From: Faecalibaculum rodentium
Lineage (GTDB): Bacteria > Bacillota_I > Bacilli_A > Erysipelotrichales > Erysipelotrichaceae
Length of the DNA stretch: 32,000 nt
NCBI RefSeq assembly: GCF_001564455.1
Contig: NZ_CP011391.1
Span: 630,001-662,000, forward strand
Direction: 5' to 3'
Shown here: positions 18,823-26,552 of the stretch, piece after piece
Position numbering within the stretch: the first letter of the stretch is position 1
Layout of the letters: every line of letters begins with the position of its first letter
Position numbers and translations under genes: made by a program
The notes under the pieces: generated by a model
Seen by the model: only the letters and a program-made list of their open reading frames with translations
The model's database searches: none
Told to the model about the DNA's origin: nothing

Positions 18823-21270
18823 ATGGATTTTGCTGTATTGTTTCCGCCGCCAGCATCAATACCGGAACCCCGGGTAGCTGGTGTGTTTGCTTTTCTGTAT
18901 TTTCTGACTGCTGCAAGCGCGGTTCTGCTTGGCTTGTCCGGACTTGAAAAAAGACCGGGGATTCTGACCATGCTGCTGGCGGCAGCCGGTACCATGCCGC
19001 TGCTTCGGCTCACGCATTTCTTGGGATCGTCTGTATCGCCTCTGGTGCAGTATGTTCTGCTCTTCAGTCTTTCCTTTGTGCTGGGAACTGTGATTTACGG
19101 GATCCTCCGGATCCTGAACGATTCAGGCAGCCGCCGCAGAAGCCGGCCGGAAAACCGGTGGGGTTCCGTTGCGGAAACCCTGGTCCTGTGCGCTGTCTGC
19201 TGCTGGGCGCTGCGGCAGCTCTCTGTGCCCATGGGGCTGTGCATTGTCCTGTTCTGTGTTCAGTTTGTGGTCAGCCGAATGATCCGTCAGTATCTTTCCC
19301 GGAACAGGCCGGCTTATCCAACCTATGCCAATATCCAGAAACCGGTTCCGGGACACAGCGTGCGGCGGGGTGTGATAATCCTTTCAGTCTATGTTTCACT
19401 GCTGTATCTGTTCTGGCGGATTCTGTTCACAGTCCCGGCCGGGAAGGGGATACCGGCTGTTGTCTTCGCCGTGCTGCTTCTTGTATGCGAGACGATGGAC
19501 ATTGCGGATTCCATTCTGAACAATCAGATTGTCAGCCGAAGGGCCGCCTACCCCCTGCCGGAAACCGGGGAAGGCGAGATCTGGCCTGAGGTGGATGTGT
19601 TTGTGGCGACTTACAATGAAAGCCGGACACTGCTCTACAAAACCCTTCATGGCTGCCTGAACATGGAGTATCCCGATCCTTCCCGGGTCCATATTTACCT
19701 GTGTGATGACGGCAACCGCCCGGAAATCCGAAAGCTTGCCCAGGATCTTCAGGTGGGATACCTGACCAGAACCTCGCGGGCAGGCGCCAAAGCCGGCAAT
19801 CTGAACAATGCCCTGAAGCATACCGCCTCTCCGCTGGTTGTGACCTTTGACGCCGATATGATTCCCCGGCGGGATTTTCTGAAGAAAACCATTCCATATT
19901 TCATGCATGCACAAAGGCGCAATGCCGGTCTTCCTGAAGAAGAGCAGATCCCCCTGGGGTTTGTACAGACCCCTCAGGCGTTTTACAACGAAGATCTGTT
20001 TCAGCATCATCTGTACAAGGAGAACCTGACAGGCAACGAACAGGATTATTTTTTCCGGGAGATCCAGCCGGCCAAAACCGCATCCAACAGCGTGATTTAC
20101 GCCGGGAGCAACACAGTGATCAGCCGGGCGGCACTGGAAGCTGTGGGGGGATTCTTCACGAAAGCCATCACGGAAGACTTTGCCACAGGTCTGCTGATCG
20201 AAGGAAACGGGTATGTTTCTCTGGCTTTGCCGGAACCCCTGGCGTTTGGTCTGTCCCCCGAAGATTTTCCCTCTCTGATCCAGCAGCGGATCCGCTGGGC
20301 CAGGGGAGTGATCAATGTCCTGTACCAGATCAATATTTTCTTTACGAACCGGTTCTCGGCAGGACAGAAAATCAGTTATGGAACCGCGATCTTTTTCTGG
20401 ATCCGCAGCTGCATCCGGATGGTGTATCTGGTGGTTCCGATCCTTGCGGCATTTTTCCGGATTCCGTTTGTGGACAGTGCCATCGGTCCAATGCTCTGTT
20501 TCTGGGTTCCCTATCTGATTATGCAGTATGTGTTTGAATTCGCCATGACCGGTTCCAGACGCAGCAGCCCATGGACAAACATTTACGAAACCGTGCTGTG
20601 CCCGTTCCTCGCCGGCCCTGTGCTCCTGGAGATTCTGGGTATTTCCCTGAAAACCTTCAAAGTCACTGACAAGGACAAGGAAAGAGGAACCCACTTCTCC
20701 TGGCGGTACATGCTTCCGTTTCTGGTCCTGACACTGCTGGATGCAGCCGGACTGCTTGCTGCCCTGCTGGATCTTTTCCACGGCGGCAGTTCAGGTGGGG
20801 TGGTGACACTGTTCTGGCTTGGGTACAATTTCATTCTTCTGTGTATCTGCCTGCTGTTTGTGCTTGGCCGAAAGAATGAAACAAAGGTGGGACTGCGAAA
20901 ATCCGTCATCTCCTGTGAGCTTTCTCTTCCAGAAGATGGGGAGGTTCTCAAGGGGGTGGTCGTGGGACTCAGTGAACAGGAAATGGATGTGGTGTTCCAC
21001 GGTGCTTCCGCCTTTCCCTGCGACAGCACACCGTGTCAAATCCGGCTGGAAACCGATACCGGCATGACGGTTGTAACTGCAGTCTGCACAGGCAGCCAGA
21101 TGCAGAAAGGCCTCACGGTGACCCGGTTTGTGATCCGGGAATTCCCGGATCTGAATCAGTTTCTCTCCCTGTTGTATGACCGGGACCTGGCTTATGAATC
21201 CCGGCAGCGGCAGCTGTTCCTGTCTCCTGCCCTTCTGCAGATCCTGAAGCAGCGGTTTCAGGACCGGTGA
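18823..21270 (+). CDS. Family 2 glycosyltransferase, processive cellulose-synthase-like (BcsA-like) membrane synthase with a C-terminal PilZ-like region
   Basis: 815 aa. The ordered BcsA-type motifs are VDVFVATYNE, YLCDDG, AKAGNLN, TFDADM, TEDFATG and QQRIRWARG (QxxRW, 20281-20298). There are multiple TM helices before and after the GT core. RBS GGAGAGG lies upstream of the ATG. Confidence 0.9.
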   Translation: MDFAVLFPPPASIPEPRVAGVFAFLYFLTAASAVLLGLSGLEKRPGILTMLLAAAGTMPLLRLTHFLGSSVSPLVQYVLLFSLSFVLGTVIYGILRILNDSGSRRRSRPENRWGSVAETLVLCAVCCWALRQLSVPMGLCIVLFCVQFVVSRMIRQYLSRNRPAYPTYANIQKPVPGHSVRRGVIILSVYVSLLYLFWRILFTVPAGKGIPAVVFAVLLLVCETMDIADSILNNQIVSRRAAYPLPETGEGEIWPEVDVFVATYNESRTLLYKTLHGCLNMEYPDPSRVHIYLCDDGNRPEIRKLAQDLQVGYLTRTSRAGAKAGNLNNALKHTASPLVVTFDADMIPRRDFLKKTIPYFMHAQRRNAGLPEEEQIPLGFVQTPQAFYNEDLFQHHLYKENLTGNEQDYFFREIQPAKTASNSVIYAGSNTVISRAALEAVGGFFTKAITEDFATGLLIEGNGYVSLALPEPLAFGLSPEDFPSLIQQRIRWARGVINVLYQINIFFTNRFSAGQKISYGTAIFFWIRSCIRMVYLVVPILAAFFRIPFVDSAIGPMLCFWVPYLIMQYVFEFAMTGSRRSSPWTNIYETVLCPFLAGPVLLEILGISLKTFKVTDKDKERGTHFSWRYMLPFLVLTLLDAAGLLAALLDLFHGGSSGGVVTLFWLGYNFILLCICLLFVLGRKNETKVGLRKSVISCELSLPEDGEVLKGVVVGLSEQEMDVVFHGASAFPCDSTPCQIRLETDTGMTVVTAVCTGSQMQKGLTVTRFVIREFPDLNQFLSLLYDRDLAYESRQRQLFLSPALLQILKQRFQDR

Positions 21271-21384
21271 ACAGCGCATGCAAGGTTCCGGATCCTGCCG
21301 ACCACCGGTTTCCGCCTTTGTCTTCTGCCCGGATCGGCGCCTGGCTTTGTCTCTGGGCTATACTGATAGTAAAAGGAGCTGTCT

Positions 21385-22353
21385 ATGACCAATGGCAACC
21401 GCCATACCACAGCAGATCTGCGCTTTGTGGACCTGCACTGTGACACGATTTCAGAGACCCGGGATCATCCGGATGCAGACCACCACATTACCCTGGAAAA
21501 ACTGGAGTGCGGCGGGGTCATACTGCAGTGCTTTGCCCTGTTTACAGATCTGGCTTCTTATCCGGAGCCGGAAAAGAGAGCCTTCGAACTGTATGGAACC
21601 TATCGCACGTTTCTGCAGGCCAATCGCAGCCGGATCGTGCCAGTGCTCACCTGGCAGGATTTCATCACGCTTCGTCAGAAAAATCTGATCGGCGGTCTGC
21701 TGACACTGGAAGAAGGAGATGTAGTTTTCGGAGATCTGGGGTTTCTGGATACCTGGTATGAACTGGGAGTCAGGATGATCACCCTGACCTGGAACCACCC
21801 CAACCGGATTGCCGGACCTCAGGGACTGACTGAGTTTGGAAAAGCGTACATCCGGCGTATGGAGGAGCTGGGGATCGTGGTGGATGTGTCCCATCTCAAC
21901 GACAACGCCTTTTGGGATGTATGCCGCATTGCTTCCAGGCCATTCATAGCGAGTCACTCCAATGCCCGCAGTCTGTGCAATGTCAGCCGGAACCTGACAG
22001 ATGACATGATCCGGGCTGTGGCGGATCACGGCGGGGTGATTGGTCTGAACTTCTATGCCCGGTTTCTTAAGGAAGACGGTGAAGACTATTCCGAGGTGGA
22101 AGAAATGATTCGTCATATCCGCCATATCATGGAAGTGGGAGGCGAAGATGTGATTGCGCTGGGATCGGACTTTGACGGCATCACCTCCCGCCTGGAACTG
22201 AAGGATGCTGCCGGACTCCACAGGCTGACAGACCGGATGCTGAAAGCAGGCTTCACCAAAGACCAGGTGGAAAAGTTTTCCCACGAAAATGCGGAACGGG
22301 TATTCCGGGAGATTCTCACAGACCGCTCAGAGCCCCTGCAGGACGTATACTGA
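21385..22353 (+). CDS. Membrane (renal-type) dipeptidase, peptidase family M19
   Basis: 322 aa with motifs VDLHCDT, ITLTWNHPN, VDVSHL, SHSNAR and GSDFDG. The RBS is AAAGGAG. Confidence 0.9.
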   Translation: MTNGNRHTTADLRFVDLHCDTISETRDHPDADHHITLEKLECGGVILQCFALFTDLASYPEPEKRAFELYGTYRTFLQANRSRIVPVLTWQDFITLRQKNLIGGLLTLEEGDVVFGDLGFLDTWYELGVRMITLTWNHPNRIAGPQGLTEFGKAYIRRMEELGIVVDVSHLNDNAFWDVCRIASRPFIASHSNARSLCNVSRNLTDDMIRAVADHGGVIGLNFYARFLKEDGEDYSEVEEMIRHIRHIMEVGGEDVIALGSDFDGITSRLELKDAAGLHRLTDRMLKAGFTKDQVEKFSHENAERVFREILTDRSEPLQDVY

Positions 22354-22459
22354 AGACAGGACAATCTGCTCCAGTCCACCGGGATCCGGATAGCCGCATG
22401 ACAGTGCAGGGTATCCTGTCCGGCAGTATTCAGAGCAAAAACCGAAGGGAGATGCAGGT

Positions 22460-23458
22460 GTGGAGAGCATTGCATTGACAGACATCAATGGAATCCGGCA
22501 TGTATATGAGCCGGATGATATTCTCTGGTTTTTTGAGGAAACCAGGCCAGGCCTTGTGCGGATCATAAACACGGAAAGGCAGCTGGCAACGTTTGCCCTG
22601 GATTCCAGGCAGACAGCCGTATTGAAAAAGGAACTGAAGGCTTCCGGATCGCCGATCTGGTTCGGTGCTTTTCAGGGCGAGAGACTTCCTTTGAACAAAC
22701 TGCCAAATACACGGGGGCTTGGAGGTCTTTCAGCGGGAAGCAGCGCGGTGATTGGACATCATGAGCTGATCCGTTCCGGGGCTCTTCATGATGCCACACC
22801 GCATGATGTGGAATATCTGACAGGAACCATGGGGCTGAAAACAATCATTGACCTCCGGACGGATCTGGAGATCGCTGCAAAACCCGATCCTGCCATTCCA
22901 GGGGTACAGTGGGTTCATGTACCGCTGCTTGATACCTGGGAGTACGAGGAAATCGGGCTGCGGACTCTGACGGAGTCAGGGCTGGAGGAAATGCGGAATC
23001 AGGGACCGGAAATGATGGTCCGGCTTTACAGGAAAATTGTAGGTGCACCGGAAGGAATCCGCGGACTGAAGAAATTTTTCCAGATTCTCCTGGCAAAGCG
23101 CAGCGGTTCTGTTTTGTGGCACTGCACACAGGGCAAAGACCGGACAGGTGTTGCAGCGGCGATTCTGGAGCGGATCCTGGGCTGTGATGCACAGGTGGTG
23201 GAACAGGATTACCTTCAGACCAATCCCTGTCTTCATATGCAGGAAGACCAGACCGAAGCCTGGCTGACGAAGAAACTGCATCTGTCACAGAAGACTGCCA
23301 GGGACTTCAGCTTCTTGTTTGAAGCCCGTCCGGAGTTCCTTCAGGCTGCGTGGGATATTATAGATACAGAATTTGGCGGATTTGCTGCCTACCTGGAGAA
23401 TCAGCTGGGTCTCGATCAGGAGAAGCAGGCACAGCTGAAACGCATGTACACCTGTTGA
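22460..23458 (+). CDS. Tyrosine/dual-specificity-type phosphatase (Y_phosphatase3-like, CX5R) with a ~78-aa N-terminal extension
   Basis: 332 aa with a GTG start behind GAAGGGAG. The family pattern is NTRGLGG...IIDLRTDLE... The catalytic loop is HCTQGKDRTG. Confidence 0.8.
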   Translation: MESIALTDINGIRHVYEPDDILWFFEETRPGLVRIINTERQLATFALDSRQTAVLKKELKASGSPIWFGAFQGERLPLNKLPNTRGLGGLSAGSSAVIGHHELIRSGALHDATPHDVEYLTGTMGLKTIIDLRTDLEIAAKPDPAIPGVQWVHVPLLDTWEYEEIGLRTLTESGLEEMRNQGPEMMVRLYRKIVGAPEGIRGLKKFFQILLAKRSGSVLWHCTQGKDRTGVAAAILERILGCDAQVVEQDYLQTNPCLHMQEDQTEAWLTKKLHLSQKTARDFSFLFEARPEFLQAAWDIIDTEFGGFAAYLENQLGLDQEKQAQLKRMYTC

Positions 23459-23701
23459 GTGTGACAGTTGGCTTAATTGATATGAGTATCTAAATACAAT
23501 CAAGGTACAGTCACAGGTATAATGAGTCCAGAGCAGGACTCCAGGGACGCCCTGGTCGTCGGATACTGGGAAACATTGCCGATGAAGTGGACATGGGAGC
23601 TATTGGTGCGATACTTTTGATAATACTGTTTTCAGGTATGACCGGACGCATCCGTCTTACTCACTGCACAGGATCTGAACTATCCGGCGCAGATCCGCAG
23701 G

Positions 23702-23726
23702 GAAAAAGGGGGATTCCCCTTTTTTC
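23702..23726 (+). terminator. Intrinsic-terminator-like hairpin inside the long 23459-23906 spacer
   Basis: GGAAAAAGGGGG / CCCCTTTTTTC has a GC core (GGGG/CCCC, loop ATT) extended by A-T pairs. It ends in a T6 run. Confidence 0.5.
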
Positions 23727-23906
23727 TATGTCTGGATCCTGTCACGCGGTTCTGACCGGACACGACAGGAGCCGCCTGTGGCCTGAGCTGCAGTGACGGA
23801 CTGAAACAGATGCGATATGATGAAAGAACCGGGATGGTTTCAGACCGGTTTACAGCGGATCCTGTCATCGTGGCAGCAGACCGCACTGAATTTGGAGGTA
23901 ACTGAT

Positions 23907-24818
23907 ATGAATACAGCACTGGTGATCATGGCCGCCGGACTCGGCAGCCGGTACGAAGGCGGGATCAAGCAGATCACACCGGTTGGTCCATCCGGGGAAA
24001 TCATCATTGATTATTCGGTCCATGATGCGCTGAAAGCCGGATTCAACCGGATCATCTTTGTGATTCGAAAGGATATTGAGAAGGACTTCCGGGAAGCCAT
24101 TGGCAGTCGGATGGAGAAACTTGCAGGTCAGGTGGGCGCTGAAATCTGTTATGCCTATCAGGCACTGGATGATATCCCCGGTTCTGTTCCGGCAGGGCGA
24201 ACGAAACCCTGGGGGACAGGACAGGCCGTACTGGCGGCCAAAGCCTGGCTGGATCTGCCGTATATGGTCATCAATGCGGATGACTACTACGGAGTCGATG
24301 CCTTCAGCACAGTGCATGAGTTTCTGGTTCATAACCATGATGATCAGGCAGTGGCCGGGTTTATCCTGAAGAACACACTGTCTGCCAACGGTGGTGTGAC
24401 CCGGGGCATCATCAAGGTGGATCCCGAAGGGTTTGTCACGGATATTGCGGAAACAAAAGACATTCGCCAGGAGGGGGATCACGCAGTGGCAGCCGGCGGG
24501 CAGATCCTGCCGCTGGATGCACATGTGTCCATGAATATGTGGGGATTCCAGCCAGCTTATACTGCATTGCTGGAGAAAGGATTTGCGGATTTCCTGGATC
24601 ACATGAAAGACCCGATGACGGATGAATTCCTGCTTCCGATTTTCACCAACGATCTGATTCATGAAGACAAAGTAAAGGTACGGGTCCTGGAAAGTCACGA
24701 CCGGTGGTTTGGGATCACTTACAAGGAAGACCTGCCACAGGTTCTGAAGGATTTCAGAACGCTGTATGACCAGGGGGTATACAGCCAGGATCTCTATTCG
24801 GATATTAAGCATCAATAA
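23907..24818 (+). CDS. Sugar-phosphate nucleotidyltransferase family protein (NTP_transferase fold)
   Basis: 303 aa from ATG 23907, with RBS GGAGG at 23894-23898. The track start at 23817 has no RBS. The N-terminal nucleotide-binding loop is LVIMAAGLGSRYEGGIKQ. The later block PWGTGQAV...VINADDYYG is also present. Confidence 0.85.
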   Translation: MNTALVIMAAGLGSRYEGGIKQITPVGPSGEIIIDYSVHDALKAGFNRIIFVIRKDIEKDFREAIGSRMEKLAGQVGAEICYAYQALDDIPGSVPAGRTKPWGTGQAVLAAKAWLDLPYMVINADDYYGVDAFSTVHEFLVHNHDDQAVAGFILKNTLSANGGVTRGIIKVDPEGFVTDIAETKDIRQEGDHAVAAGGQILPLDAHVSMNMWGFQPAYTALLEKGFADFLDHMKDPMTDEFLLPIFTNDLIHEDKVKVRVLESHDRWFGITYKEDLPQVLKDFRTLYDQGVYSQDLYSDIKHQ

Positions 24819-24885
24819 TTCAGCAGGGCTGATGGTTTGAACCTCCTGCAGGGCAACGGTACACTGGTGGCAAGAGGTTGATACA

Positions 24886-25284
24886 ATGCAGAAATCTGAT
24901 AAAACACTTCTGAAAGCCACCGGATGGATTTTTCTGGTCTGGGGGTTCGCCACGATTTTCCTGGATGTCCTGTTTCTGATGCTGAAAAATGTGCCTGCAG
25001 ATGCCCTGTGGGTGCAGACACTGGCCGGAAACCTGGACATGATGGCCATTTCCGTGGTGATGGGATGCCTTGAAATCCTGGCTGGTGTCTCGGCCATCCG
25101 CTGGGCAGGAAAGCCGAAAAAGGCACGGACACTGATGTATGTTGGTGGCACACTCCTGCTTCTGTTCCTGCTGGAAGCTTTTGCCTTCTATACACAGAAC
25201 GGGCAGTTCTACTGGCTGCGGATGGTGGCCGGTGTGATCTGCGCAGGACTGCTGGTGTATGGTGCATACAGGGAAGTGGAGTGA
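24886..25284 (+). CDS. Hypothetical small membrane protein (about four TM helices)
   Basis: 132 aa with RBS AAGAGG upstream. Four hydrophobic segments are present (WIFLVWGFATIFLDVLFLML, MMAISVVMGCLEILAGV, LMYVGGTLLLLFLLEAFAF, MVAGVICAGLLVYGA). No family is recognised. Confidence 0.6.
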   Translation: MQKSDKTLLKATGWIFLVWGFATIFLDVLFLMLKNVPADALWVQTLAGNLDMMAISVVMGCLEILAGVSAIRWAGKPKKARTLMYVGGTLLLLFLLEAFAFYTQNGQFYWLRMVAGVICAGLLVYGAYREVE

Positions 25285-25329
25285 GGATACGGTCCTGCCG
25301 GATCGTGCGCGACTTGCTGTACAGGAACG

Positions 25330-25380
25330 AAGGCTGAGGCCACTGGATTCTCGAGATGAGACCAGGGCTTCAGCCTTTTT
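25330..25380 (+). terminator. Long hairpin plus T-run after the 24886-25284 gene
   Basis: AAGGCTGAGG (25330-25339) pairs with CTTCAGCCTT (25368-25377). TTT follows. The interior is partly self-paired. Confidence 0.55.
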
Positions 25381-25463
25381 CCGTTCTGTGAGCCGTGTAC
25401 TCTGGACGATCGTGTCCGTACATGCGAAGCTCTCGGAAAGTGCCTTCACAAGCCAAAACAGTA

Positions 25464-25488
25464 AAAAGCGCCCCTTTGAGGCGCTTTT
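25464..25488. terminator. Bidirectional terminator hairpin
   Basis: AAAAGCGCC (25464-25472) pairs with GGCGCTTTT (25480-25488), i.e. a GC stem flanked by A4 and T4. Confidence 0.55.
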
Positions 25489-25520
25489 ACGAAAATGCTA
25501 CACGATTTGCTACAAGATTT

Positions 25521-25543
25521 AAGAAAAACCCCTGAAACAGGGG
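25521..25543 (-). terminator. Rho-independent terminator downstream of tRNA-Glu
   Basis: On the minus strand CCCCTG-TTT-CAGGGG is followed by TTTTTC. It lies 13 nt after the tRNA 3' end. Confidence 0.65.
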
Positions 25544-25555
25544 CTTTGTTGACCA

Positions 25556-25630
25556 TGGTAGCGCGTACGGGACTCGAACCCGTGATACAGCCTTGAGAGG
25601 GCTGTGGCTTAACCGCTTGCCGAACGCGCC
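25556..25630 (-). tRNA. tRNA-Glu (anticodon CUC), CCA encoded
   Basis: The manual cloverleaf on the minus strand is as follows. The acceptor stem is GGCGCGU/ACGCGCU (G1-U72). The D arm is GGC-AAGCGGUUAA-GCC. The anticodon stem CAGCC/GGCUG encloses loop CUCUCAA, giving anticodon CUC. The T arm is CGGG-UUCGAGU-CCCG, followed by discriminator A and CCA. It resembles Bacillota tRNA-Glu. Confidence 0.9.
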
Positions 25631-25642
25631 ATTTGCCTGATT

Positions 25643-25672
25643 ATCATAGCATGAAAAAAGAAGAGGCGTCAA
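25643..25672 (-). promoter_or_regulatory. Promoter candidate for tRNA-Glu
   Basis: On the minus strand TTGACG (25672-25667) is followed by an 18-nt spacer and TATGAT (25648-25643), preceded by TGc. The predicted start is a few nt before the tRNA 5' end. Confidence 0.5.
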
Positions 25673-25679
25673 CCTCTTC
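25654..25679 (-). terminator. Rho-independent terminator of the serC-serA-PHP operon
   Basis: On the minus strand GAAGAGG-TTGACG-CCTCTTC is followed by a T6 run. The loop contains the -35 hexamer of the tRNA promoter candidate. Confidence 0.65.
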
Positions 25680-25766
25680 TGCAGCGAATCCTCATTCAAG
25701 TGATTCATGATTTCGCGTAATTGTTTCGGCAGGGAGGTGAGAAGGGACTGCGAAATCCTGACTCAG

Positions 25767-26552
25767 TTAGCGGTCCTCCAGCCTGTCAAAGTTCATTCCC
25801 ACGTGACCGGGCCAGTGGGCGTCACTGGCTGTAATGGTCTTGGCTCCGGCACGCCTGGCGGTTTCCCTGAAAGCAGGGGCCAGTCCCGCGTCCGGATGGC
25901 CATATCGATAGCTGGCGCCTGTGTTCTCCTCCAGCATTACACTGTATTCGTTCGCAAGGCAGCTGATGCGGTCATATTCTTCCTGCAGGTCATACCCCGG
26001 ATCATACTGATACATTTTGACCACATCCGGATGCCCGATCTGGGTAAAAAGCCCACTCGTGATGGCCGATGCCAGCTGGTCATAGTATTGCCGGTAAATC
26101 CATTCCGATGGTTCCACATCCCAGAGGATTTCGCGGCTCCAGCCATCCATATCATACAGTCGTCCCTGCACGGAATGGACGCTTCCCACCAGAAAATCCC
26201 ACGGGTAGACAGACAGCCGGTCCTTGAGAAAATCCTTCCGAAAATCCGCCCAGCAGACCTCCAGCCCGAATGTCACGTCAATTGGAAACTCTTCCTGTCT
26301 GCAGGCTTCAATCAGATCGATGTAGTCCTGAATGGAATTGACCTGTTTCTTTTCAAACCAGGCTTTCTGACGCGGATCTGCCTCAATGACATCCCTGTAC
26401 ATCGGAGCGAATTCATAGAAACGGTGCGTATGGTCCAGGATCTGGAGATGCTTCAGACCTTTGTCCGCTGCCGCATTGACAAATTCCCAGACATAGTCCA
26501 CACTCAGTGGACCGTTTTCCAGATGGACGTGACCGTCGGTATCAGGCCTCAT
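25767..26552 (-). CDS. PHP-family phosphatase (histidinol-phosphatase HisJ/HisK-like)
   Basis: 261 aa from ATG 26552. A GTG at 26564 is an alternative start. The PHP metal motifs are intact: DGHVHLE, LDHTH, GLEVCW, VGSVHSV, IGHPD and ASDAH. The start overlaps the serA 3' end by 11 nt. Confidence 0.85.
   Translation of the reverse strand: MRPDTDGHVHLENGPLSVDYVWEFVNAAADKGLKHLQILDHTHRFYEFAPMYRDVIEADPRQKAWFEKKQVNSIQDYIDLIEACRQEEFPIDVTFGLEVCWADFRKDFLKDRLSVYPWDFLVGSVHSVQGRLYDMDGWSREILWDVEPSEWIYRQYYDQLASAITSGLFTQIGHPDVVKMYQYDPGYDLQEEYDRISCLANEYSVMLEENTGASYRYGHPDAGLAPAFRETARRAGAKTITASDAHWPGHVGMNFDRLEDR

Noticed and set aside
23587-23796. 69-aa ORF with a hydrophobic N-terminus (possible small toxin or membrane peptide).
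   Set aside because: It has a GTG start with only a weak purine patch upstream. The frame reads straight through the terminator hairpin at 23702-23726. It is more economically explained as non-coding structured RNA, and is kept only as part of the spacer finding.
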